DNA of 64,000 bases from Mytilus edulis (taxonomy: Eukaryota): positions 37,944,001-38,008,000 of the forward strand of contig NC_092351.1 of the NCBI RefSeq assembly GCF_963676685.1. The letters run 5' to 3'. The position numbers and the translations under genes are program-made. A model generated the notes under the pieces. The model did no database searches and was not told the DNA's origin. It was given only the letters and a program-made list of their open reading frames with translations. Shown here piece after piece: positions 23,864 through 34,607 of this stretch (its first letter is position 1; each line of letters opens with the position of its first letter).

Positions 23864-26367
23864 TTAACACATGACATCTAGGCAAAATTCCTTTGATCTT
23901 ACTGTGGTATAATCTGGATAATGCACGGGTCAGGTGTGCATTAACTACTTCAATAATTGCACAGGTCACGTGAACTTCACGTCCTGGCCAGATGTTTATT
24001 GTACAGTACTTTGCGTTTGTTGATTCCATTGCTACTACAGATATTTGTTTTTCTCCATTTTGTAAGAAATATCAAGTGGATACATGTGTCTATACTCGGA
24101 CATAAAAATCAGTCAATTGGTAAAACATCAGAATAGAAAACATACAAAACAAATGTAGTAGCATTACAATCAACACAATACAAGTCTAAATAAGATAAAG
24201 AACACACAGGTTGATTTAATACTAAAATTATTTTTCCATCAATATAAAAAAAATTGTCATTAAAAAAAAATGAAAATAAAGTATCATCGACATCTTCCTA
24301 TTATAGTCTTGATATGTAAGATATCAGTGTCACAACATGACACAATGAAAACTAAAAAAAAAACCCCGCTTTTTCATACATTTCTATGTACGGCTTAAAA
24401 ACAACTTAAAATAACAATTCAGTGTTAAAAATTGAAAACAAAATCTGTGAGGTTCACATCTTCGTTACAAAATTGAGCACGCAGTTTTGAAAAGAGCTGT
24501 TACTTGGCAATCCCCGATATTTTCCTTCTGGTTTTGAAACATTAAATGCATTTTCTGTATTTTCAATATTAAATTGCTCAGAAAGGATTGCACGAGTATC
24601 GGTTAATGGTTTGGGATTCTCAAGTTTTATCTGCTTATTAGATGGATTCAAAATGTTAGAGCATATTGTCTTCATGAGTGACCCTAATCTATTAGCACCC
24701 AGTATGTGGTCAAACTTAACAGAACCATCATATAAAACAGGTCTACGATAAAAAGGACTGCTAACCGATTTATCAATTTCGTATATTGCATTCATATACA
24801 TCTGATACGATTTTAGGGTCTGACAATCCTTCTCTAAATATTGTCTGACAGATTTTGGTGCAATATAGCGATGGTGTAGCCCTCCATTATAGGTTTTATT
24901 ATCCTTACCCCGGCATTCAATATAGTTTCCGTTATCATCTTCTCCTAATTGTATTTGAGAAATTTGCAGATTACGGTGTTCGTCACGACCACGTAGACCA
25001 AAATATTTACAGTTGTAGAAAAAAACAGTATGCAATAAACTTTCGGATGAATGATTACCAAACACAGACTTGTCCCACAATATTTCTTCCTGTTCAACTG
25101 AAATTGGATCTGCTTGTTTAACATTTATACCATGCCCATCTGATGTTAATTTCTTCATCTGTGCATCAAGTATTTGTCTAAACCTCAGAAAGTTAAGATT
25201 AGAAACACCGTGTGACCGCATTCCTCTTAGAAGTCCAGTTACAAGAAGATAAAGTGTTTTCGCTGGATATTTCTCTCCATTCTTTTTCCGAACTTCTACT
25301 ACAAATTTTCCTAAAATGCTGTTAATATCTTGAACAGACAAATCCTTCAGGTTTGGTATAATTAAACCACTACCAATTTTAGAATTCTTCCAGTCTTCAT
25401 AGACATTAACTGCCCATTGTGTGGCTTTCTTTGTGTTTTTGTTCTCAGCATCTTCAATAAGTGTATCAATTTCATTGTCTGTCATTTCTGCAAACCTTGA
25501 TTCGACTCCTTGTTCCTGATCTTTAGGTTCTTCATCCTAAAATAAGATAATATCACATAATTCAACACATGGCAGAGGCAAAATCCAGCAGTGGCAAATA
25601 TTTCATGAATGTTCCGGATGAGAACAATTAAACGATAAAACTAGTCGGAAGTTTCCGTAAATGATTATATCAAGGGTCTAAATAGCAGATCCAGAACTTT
25701 TTATTTAAGGGGGAGGGCTGACTGACCTAAAAGGAGGGGGCGCGCGTCATGCTTCAGTGATTCCCTATATAATCAACCATTTTTTTTCCACAAAAGAGGG
25801 ACCCGGGACTCCATCCCTTGGATCCGTCTATGGGTCCACACCTCAAATCATGCCATAATGGGTCTGCGCGTGGCAGATAATTCTAAAAAAAAAGACGTAC
25901 CTTGACATTTTGGATCTTTCCGTTTTCCGAAGGAACTTGCAACCATAGATCTAAGTCTAGTCCTAGGTCAAATGAAACAGCTGAGGTGTCGATTAAATCT
26001 CCAGATGCATTTTCATCCATCACATTACTAGGAAACTCTCCAAAAAAGTCCTCTATATTTACATTTCTCAGTTCCATTTCATCCTCCAATGTTTCTAATA
26101 CTTGTGATAAGATCATATCATCCTCCGATAATTCATGATGAAATCCACCCATTTCAACGTCTTGTTGGGCGGATGTGATTTATGCGGGAAAATTGTTGAC
26201 GTCATGTGTTAAAACAGTTATTGGCCAATCAAATCGGTATATGTTTTAATTTGCACAGCACGAGATGACCCATTAACCCGAACTCCTTCGTCGTTCGGGT
26301 TAAACAGGGTCACTCGAGCTGTGCAAATTAAATCCCATATACCGACTTGCTTGGTCAATAACTATAA
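23864..26367 (-). mobile_element. Crypton-like tyrosine-recombinase DNA transposon, copy 1
   Basis: Boundaries are defined by near identity with 28205-30098. No TSD. Terminal hairpin at 26215-26365 and 12-bp inverted repeat TTAACACATGAC (23864) / GTCATGTGTTAA (26201). Confidence 0.82.
24454..26152 (-). CDS. Crypton-type tyrosine recombinase (DUF3504/QRICH1/ZMYM-like), 2 exons, ~444 aa; open frame but C-terminal catalytic segment deleted
   Basis: Exons 26152-25901 and 25536-24454 (GT-AG, phase 0). Motifs: NTKKATQWAVNVYEDW, LGKFVVEVRKKNGEKYP and YFGLRGRDEHRNL. Lacks the ATRL..TGHRS..VRTY segment present in copy 2. Confidence 0.8.
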
Positions 26368-28204
26368 TGTGACACCAGTATCGTGCGACGTTTCATAAAA
26401 AAGACCATTCAAATATCTACTTGAGAGTCGGACTGCCTGAGTTCCTAGATTGAGGCTGTGACCCGAAGTACTATTTTGACATTCAAAATATGTTAAACTA
26501 CTAAGGAAACATATCTGCAAAACTTCACAGAACAAATGGGTATATTTATCCCTGATAGAAGATTGCTCAAATTTGGACTAAACCATTCGATTTACATTTA
26601 CTGGTCTGAATATTCAGGTATGGCAGATGTGTTGAGTGTGGGTAGTGGGGGAGGGGAGGGGTTTGGAGGATGCATAAAAAAAAAACGTTTAACAAATTTC
26701 CAGGCAGAAAATATGAGTACTAATCTTTCAATCTTTGAAAGTTTGCACATTTCTCTTCATGTTTGCTACATGTATGCTCAATGCTCCACCGCCTACGATA
26801 AATTCTAACCCCCCTTTTATCTATAACTTTGATTGCTCCTTGATATTTCCTTCCTTTCGATTACCTTTTATTTTTACCATTCTTAATTTTTTATGACCCA
26901 AGAAGTGTCATTGATGATTAATGTCCAACAGCAAGTATTACATGCATAACATACTAGTAGTAAAGTGATATGAAAACGAACATATGAATTCACAAGAACG
27001 AATAAATAACTATATATATATATATATAGATACTTATTTCTAATTCTTTAACTTGACAGGAGATTTAATCAACGTTGTCCCGCCCTCGGAGCATGCTACC
27101 ACAAGATTTGACTAAGTACACCAATATTGATTGAAAATAAAGTAATTTGAATATTATTCTACTTTCATAATACACACATTGAAAATACTTTCATGATAAA
27201 ATTTAAATGAAAATGAAAATGAAAGTGTGTATATCATTTAACCAGAGCACCCATTGATCTTTATTTAAATTTCACTGACTGTTTATTTTATTGATATATA
27301 AAGACATTTTATCAACAAAATCTGCAGTGTCAGCAATTTAAGTGTTATACATGATAAAAAGAACCGAAACTAGTGTATATCTGTACATAATAATGTATAA
27401 TTGATCGGGTTTTAAAAATAAATAATCTACGTGTCAAAGATTATTAAGCAACACGGATGTAAAATTGAAGAGAACGAAAGGAAAGTTAAAAGATGGGAAA
27501 GGTATTTATAATCTTTATTATAAGGCTTTAATCGGTGAAGTAATGTTGTTTATCGACTTTACTTTGTATTTTGTAGTAAATGTCCTCAGTTAATATCAAG
27601 TCACAAAGCAAATCATAATTAAAGTTAGAGGTTTGTGTACATTGAACACTCGCAAATATTAAAGATATCCAGTATTATATACTAGACATTGGTAGCGAAA
27701 CAAGACAAAGGGTATAGGTCAAAGAAACCACAATAAAACTAGTAGAAAGGATTTCTAGAGGGTAATCTATGAATGGAATATATTAGTAATAAGCTAGCGT
27801 TTCCATGCCAGTACATGTCAAACTCTGAATCGTGTTAAGTATATATTTAATACAGATAATACTTAAGAACTGCAGACGATACATAATCCTTGAATGGTTT
27901 TAGGGTTCATCTGCACATACAACAAGCACATGTAGGTCGGCTACATGTCACGAAAAAATAATATGCGCTTCTCTGTACTATATTGATACGATGGAAATGT
28001 ATTTCAAGAGACCTGTAGCGAACACACTCGTCAGATTCTTAAGCATCTATAATTCCGAGCATTATTTTTTTTTTATCGAAGATGTCCCTCGAATGCGTTA
28101 ATGACCAACTAATCAATAAATATATAGAGGTCGTGAAATATGGTGTTTCTAATATCCAGGAATTCTGCATTGCTATTAACAAACATTATTCAAAATGCCA
28201 GACT

Positions 28205-30098
28205 TTAACACATGACAGAGGCAAAATTCCTTTGATCTTACTGTGGTATAATCTGGATAATGCACGGGTCAGGTGTGCATTAACTACTTCAATAATTGCA
28301 CAGGTCACGTGAACTTCACGTCCTTGACAGATGTTTATTGTACAGTACTTTGCGTTTGTTGATTCCATTGCTACTACAAATATTTGTTTTTCTCCATTTT
28401 GTAAGAAATATCAAGTGGATACATGTATCTATACTCGGACATAAAAATCAGTCACTTGATAAAACATCAGAATAGAAAACATACAAAACAAATGTAGTAG
28501 TATTACAATCAACACAATACAAGTCTAAATAAGATAAAAAAAAAACACAGGTTAATTTAATACTAAAATTATTTTTCCGTCAATATAAAAAAAATTGTCA
28601 TTAAAAAAAATGAAAATAAAGTATCATCGACATCTTCCTATTATAGTCTTGATATGTAAGTTATCAGTGTCACAACCTGACACAGTGAAAACTAAAAAAA
28701 AACCCGCTTTTTCATACATTTCTATGTACGGCTTAAAAACAACTTAAATAACAATTCAGTGTTAAAAATTGAAAACAAAATCTGTGAGGTTCACATCTTC
28801 GTTACAAAATTGAACACGCAGTTTTGAAAAGAGCTGTTACTTGGCAATCCCCGATATTTTCCTTCTGGTTTTGAAACATTAAATGCATTTTCTGTATTTT
28901 CAATGTTAACTTGCTCAGGAAGGATTGCACGAGTATTTGTTAATGGTTTGGGGTCCTCAAGTTTTATTTGCTTATTAGATGGATTCAAAATGTTAGAGAC
29001 ATCTTTTAGCATAGAATCTGCAGGTCTTTTGTAGGTACGAACAGCCTTTTCACTCCTGTGACCTGTTCTATCCATTATCATCTGCTCACTGACTCCTGCT
29101 TGGTACAATCTAGTTGCAAGTGTTCTTTTCTTCATAGACATTAACTGCCCATTTTGTGGTTTTCTTTGTGTTTTTGTTCTCAGCATCTTCAATAAGTGTA
29201 TCAATTTCATTGTCTGTCATTTCTGCAAACCTTGATTCGACTCCTTGTTCCTGATCTTTAGGTTCTTCATCCTAAAATAAGATAATATCACATAATTTAA
29301 CACATGGCAGAGGCAAAATCCGGCAGTGGCAAATATTTCATGAATGTTCCGGATGAGAACAATTAAACAATAAAACTAGTCGGAAGTTTCCGCAAATGAA
29401 TGTATCAAGGGTCTAAGTAGCAGATCCAGAACTTTTTATTTAAGGGGGAGGGCTGACTGACCTAAAAGGAGGGGGCGCGGATCATGCTTCAGTGATTCCC
29501 TATATAATTAACCATTTTTTTCACAAAAGAGGGACCCGGGACTCCATCCCTTGGATCCGTCTATGGGTCCACACCTCAAATCATGCAATAATGGGTCTGC
29601 GCGTGGCAGATAATTCTAAAAAAAGACGTACCTTGACATTTTGGATCTTTCCGTTTTCCGAAGGAACTTGCAACCATAGATCTAAGTCTAGTCCTAGGTC
29701 AAATGAAACAGCTGAGGTGTTGATTAAATCTCCAGATGCATTCTCATCCATCACATTACTAGGAAACTCTCCAAAAAAGTCCTCTATATTTACATTTTTC
29801 AGTTCCATTTCATCCTCCAATGTTTCTAATACTTGTGATAAGATCATATCATCCTCCGATAATTCATGATGAAATCCATCCATTTCAACGTCTTGTTGGG
29901 CGGATGTGATTTATGCGGGAAAATTGTTGACGTCATGTGTTAAAACAGTTATTGGCCAATCAAATCGGTATATGTTTTAATTTGCACAGCACGAGATGAC
30001 CCATTAACCCGAACTCCTTCGTCGTTCGGGTTAAACAGGGTCACTCGAGCTGTGCAAATTAAATCCCATATACCGACTTGCTTGGTCAATAACTATAA
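28205..30098 (-). mobile_element. Crypton-like element, copy 2 (internally deleted)
   Basis: Near-identical to copy 1, including the intron, UTRs and hairpin (29946-30096). Inverted repeat at 28205 / 29932-29943. Confidence 0.82.
28791..29883 (-). pseudogene. Tyrosine recombinase pseudogene: core deleted and frameshifted, but the catalytic C-terminal segment is retained
   Basis: Exon 1 spans 29883-29632 and exon 2 starts at 29271. A deletion junction at ~29128/29129 shifts the frame. The downstream frame reads KRTLATRLYQAGVSEQMIMDRTGHRSEKAVRTYKR (H and nucleophile Y of tyrosine recombinases). Confidence 0.82.
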
Positions 30099-30636
30099 CG
30101 TAATCATGGACCCATATAGTTTAAGATGTAAAAATAAAAATTAATAGGTGTCAACATTGTACCTTTCTTTTCAATTCGACAATTCATATAGATAAAATGT
30201 ATTTGCAGTCAAAACCAAAAAAATAAAATAAGGACAAGTTGTATGATTGTCAATGAGACAACTACCTACAGGAATTAAAATGACGAAGATAAAAGCAAAT
30301 TATAGGTCAGCGTACGATATATTTTCAGCCGTCAACAATGAAAAATACATATCGTATAATTACCAATAAAATCTGAGCCTGTGGTGTTACAGTACAACAT
30401 ATGAACAAACTAAAAAATCAGTTTGCAAATGACTAAGCCCAATAGATCGGTATCGAGCAAAAACGAAAACCAAAAAGACTAAACTCAGTATAGACATAAA
30501 TGACCACTATATAAGAGTGCTTGCAGTTATTTAAAGCTGAATTAAAACCAATTACAACTAACAAAAACAAATCTTGTTTTTCGTAATTTCAGATAAGTAA
30601 TTTCAACTCATCAAATCTAAATTTACAAATTTTCAG

Positions 30637-31860
30637 AAAAAAGGAGGCAACACGAAGAAGCGACAAAAACATGACAACAATAAGTACGGAAAAAAGGAAA
30701 AATCTGACGAATTCGAACACGAGAACAAAAAGGAAGAGGAAAAAGAAAAGGAAAATGTAACCGTTTTTAGTACATGCTTTAGACGATTTAAAGGATTGTG
30801 TGTATTTTTGTTTTGTACACTGCCGCTGCTACCTTTTAAAATTGCATATATGGTAAGTAACATCAAGTATGGAAAATTGATGAAGCTGTAACTTTTATAT
30901 GGTGTCCGATTTTGTTGCTTTTTGTTCATTCTTCTGTCAATTAGTATATACAACTCATCTCTGACCAGTGACTAGATTTGGAGGAATGTAATACCTTCTA
31001 AAAATCCGAGTAAAATTATACATAAACTATTCTTGATTGAATTTATTTTGGTTTTCCAAGGCAAAACATCTATTCGAACCACTGTTATAAGCCCTTATAT
31101 GCGTAACAAAGGTACACACAATTCACTTAATGTTTAATGCGGAATTTGCACTTCAATGTTGCAGACATTTTTGTTGTTGAAAATGTTGAGTCAACAGCTA
31201 TCGTTAAAAATTTAAAAGCCAAAAATGTAAAAATAGCTAAAGACTTGATGAGCTAAATAACCACTAGGGACATACATAAATAGCATAAGTCACCTTAAGG
31301 TGAACATTGATAAGGTTAGTTGAAAATTGAATTTCTAAATAATTTGAAGCGGGCATCTGAAAATTTAAAAAAGGTATGTAATAAACCATGTTGGTTACAA
31401 AGTATTGAACTATACCCACAGGGACTAGAAGCGCGATATGGACCCAGTGTAAAAAATATAGAAACAACACCTTTAATTATCAGAATTTCAGCATCAAAAG
31501 GTACATTTGTGATATTATAAGGAACATTTCAAATGAAAACATCTTTTTTATCAGAAAAAAATATTATGACAAAACAGTCCTACACACAGCCCTCAAATTA
31601 AAAAGTTTTACAAAACTACTGTTTAGATAAAAACAACATAAAACCTAAGTGGCTGTCAACATTCCTTAAATGAAATTTGTCAAATTTGTTTTTTTATCAG
31701 TAAAATTAACATTACACAGGTTGGGTCGGTAACCGTCGGTTCAATTATCTTGCTAGCTACAGGGATAATTTCTGCCTCCTTTGTGATAAAACTGGTTTAC
31801 ATATAAAATGGCATTGTTTTTCATGACTTTTTATAAGGATGAAAAAGAAACCAACAGAAA
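30637..31860 (+). CDS. Putative upstream exons of the MIEAP-domain gene: charged region followed by hydrophobic (possible transmembrane) segments
   Basis: Exon 30637-30852 reads KKGGNTKKRQ..KEEEKEKENVTVFSTCFRRFKGLCVFLFCTLPLLPFKIAYM|gtaagt. Exon 31720-31860 reads VGSVTVGSIILLATGIISASFVI and needs a 1-nt correction near 31790 to continue NWFTYKMALFFMTFYKDEKETNR, ending in phase 2. Start codon not identified. Confidence 0.4.
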
Positions 31861-32416
31861 GTACCTGTTTGGTATACACATTTCAACTACATGTAGTTAT
31901 AATAAATAAGAATGTTTTAAATAGATTAAATTTTACATCAAAAATGCATGACAGTTGGTATTTTTAAAGTTCATCTTATCAGTTATTTTGCACTTTACAT
32001 GTATCACACATTTCAAGTTAATAAAATAAAGAAGAACAAAGGGAGGCGGAAAAATTAAGATAAAAGTTTCATTTAAATATTAATAATGAATTAAAAATCC
32101 ATAAATAAGGATTCACAATTTATTCTTTTAGTAAATTTCACTGAGGCTCTAGCAGAATCTCCTCCCACTCCACACACACATTCCTAAATAATAATGATCA
32201 ATAATATTTCAGGATAAATGTAACTGTCATGACTGTTTTTTTTATCATTTAGTCATCTGAGAATCAACATTCCAATTCTGAGCTGACCACACTTTGCAGT
32301 TACTCTTTAATGATTTGTGCTTTGCTGGAGAAGCTTGTTTTGTATTGACTTAAGCACCTCCTACCCTATTTGAATCACAACGTCCAGACTATAAAATCAA
32401 TGATTAAAATTTATTA

Positions 32417-32979
32417 AAAAGTCGTAAAGGTTCCGCGGAACCCAGTGTCTCGCCTACTTTTGCTGTCAATCGCAGGCTCAACAAAAATTTTAAAAACTTT
32501 AACATCAGAATATGTATTGTTTTCTGGCAGAAAAACTAAGTTCACTTACAGATAAATTACGGATAAAATGGATTTTTTTTTAACACAATTTACTTCTGGT
32601 TACTATCTTAATATGACCATAAATAAGCTTCTGTCTAAGTTTGGTACAAATCCAGGATAGTTTAAGAAAGTAATTAAAATTTTAAAAACTTTTAACCTCA
32701 GAGTGAATGTAATGTTACCCAGCAGAAAACTAAGTCCATTGATAAGTAAAATACGGAAAAAATGGAATTTTATTTTAACAAAATTTCCTTCTGGATACTA
32801 TCTTATCATCATAAACAATGTTCTGTCAAAGTTGGATACAAATCTAGGATAGTTCTAGAAAGTTATTAAAATTTTAAAAACTTTAACCACATTTTGCCAC
32901 CGTCGCCGACACCGACGATGACGGAATGTAGGATCACTATGTCTCGCTTTTTCGACTAAAGTCGAAGGCTCGACAAAAA
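32417..32979 (-). mobile_element. HINE/Helentron-type element on the minus strand with ~180-bp internal repeats
   Basis: Ends ..TTCGACTAAAGTCGAAGGCTCGACAAAAA (5' on the minus strand) and GGTTCCGCGGAACC-CAGTGTCTCGCC (3' hairpin). Confidence 0.7.
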
Positions 32980-33794
32980 GGGGGATTTTCCAGTTTAGGG
33001 ACAATTACTCAAAAGTGCTTTCATCAATTCTCAGGAAACTTTGGTGAATTGTCAATATCCATTGATGTAAGCTCCCTTTTGATTTTCATAAATTTCTAAT
33101 ATAACATTGAAAAGTAATTGAACTTTATTCTATGAAAATGTGATGGGCGTATCATGTGTTCATGGCGCAGCTATTTATTAATAATGTGAAATCTTCATCT
33201 ATGACAAAACTGTAGTCAGGTAGTGTTTACATTGTTGCGAATCATATTACTCCATCTTGAACATAGTTAAACTTTTTACAGATAAAAATTGAAACAATAA
33301 TATATTTAATTAAAAGTGACAAGTACTAAGTTAATACTAGCTTATCTGACATTTAATACTAGATGAAAGAGCGCTCCAGAAGAGCGAAAAATAGAGGGCT
33401 GTGTGGTGGACTGAAAATACAGAAGAATAACAAAACAAATAGGCACACATTAAAGTAATCCCAATTTGACTTGTTAAGATCATAAAGAAATGATGCACGA
33501 AGTTCGCTTGTTTAAATGAGCAGCTGTTTCAAACACATAATACCGATAACATTTTTCATTTTAGATTATGATTTGTATTTGGGCCAATTTTTGTACTATT
33601 TGTGGAAAATTTACAACGATGTTATTTAGGTAAAAAAAATAGAGTTAAGAATTTTTGATACTATAGATATATAAGAACATAAAGTTATAACTTGTTTTAT
33701 AATTTGTAAAAACTATCGGACAGGTGAGTTTCGACGAACGCCAACACATTCTTGGACTGAATAAGCACACAGTTAAACATATATCTAATTAGAT

Positions 33795-34135
33795 ATAAGG
33801 AGATGTGGTATATGAGTGCCAATAAGACAACTCTCCATCTAAGCCACAATGTGTTAAAGTAACCCATGATTGGTAAAACTATGGAATTCAGCACAGAGCA
33901 TAATTTGGTTCGCACCAAATAGCACACTGTAAGGGCCCAAATTATGACTAGTTTAAACCAATTCAAACAGGTAAACCAACTGTCTAATTTATATACCAAA
34001 AGAGAAACGAGAGACAATTATGAAGAAAAAAGACAACAAAAAACGACAAACACTGAACAACAGGTTGCTAACTTAGTACAGGTAAAAATGATGCAGCTGG
34101 TTAAAGCATTTTATCGGACAACCTTCACCTGAAAT
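33795..34135. repeat. Dispersed SINE-like repeat family (ATAAGAAGATGTGGTATGA.TGCCAATGAGACAACTCTCCA); other copies at ~12508, 13616 and 30240, and inverted at ~39270, 42235 and 60620
   Basis: The same motif is recognisable at seven or more positions in the window. Confidence 0.65.
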
Positions 34136-34607
34136 AACAGTGCAACATCACAACATAGAGACATACTATGAATTATCAAATAAAATTGCTTAACTCAATC
34201 AAAAGACATATTAATAAAAGCAAGTAAACATACACTGAACGAATACATTTGAGTGTTAGTTTAAATGAGCAGTTAATATAGGTTTTGTAAAGAATTCTTT
34301 TACAATGACGAACCTTTCATAAAATATTTTCGCCAGAAGGTTGTTTACCGATGAGAAAAATCTCATTCAAACAAAAATGGTCTTAGAAGTTATAAACCTC
34401 CTAAACCCCGAGAAAAATAAAGTATATAATAAAATGAATGAATTGCTAAAAAACAAAAATATATCAAATGTCATTTGGGGTTTGCGGGCTTTGGTGTACC
34501 TTTATGTGGACAGCTCTAGCTTAATTAGAAAGAGTTCCAGAGTGTATTAATTTTTTAATAATCGAATTCAAAGATTTGCGATACAACTGATACTTTCTGC
34601 TTTGTAG

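Noticed and set aside
24855-29869. Plus-strand ORFs 24855-25121, 25070-25252, 25902-26138 and 29492-29869
   Set aside because: Antisense shadows of the recombinase exons.
30633-30953. Minus-strand 106-aa F/S-rich ORF
   Set aside because: Antisense of a purine-rich plus-strand candidate exon.
33363-33442. Possible extra exon or start (MKERSRRAKNRGLCGGLKIQ..) for the MIEAP-domain gene
   Set aside because: No convincing GT donor in the required phase, so it cannot be supported.
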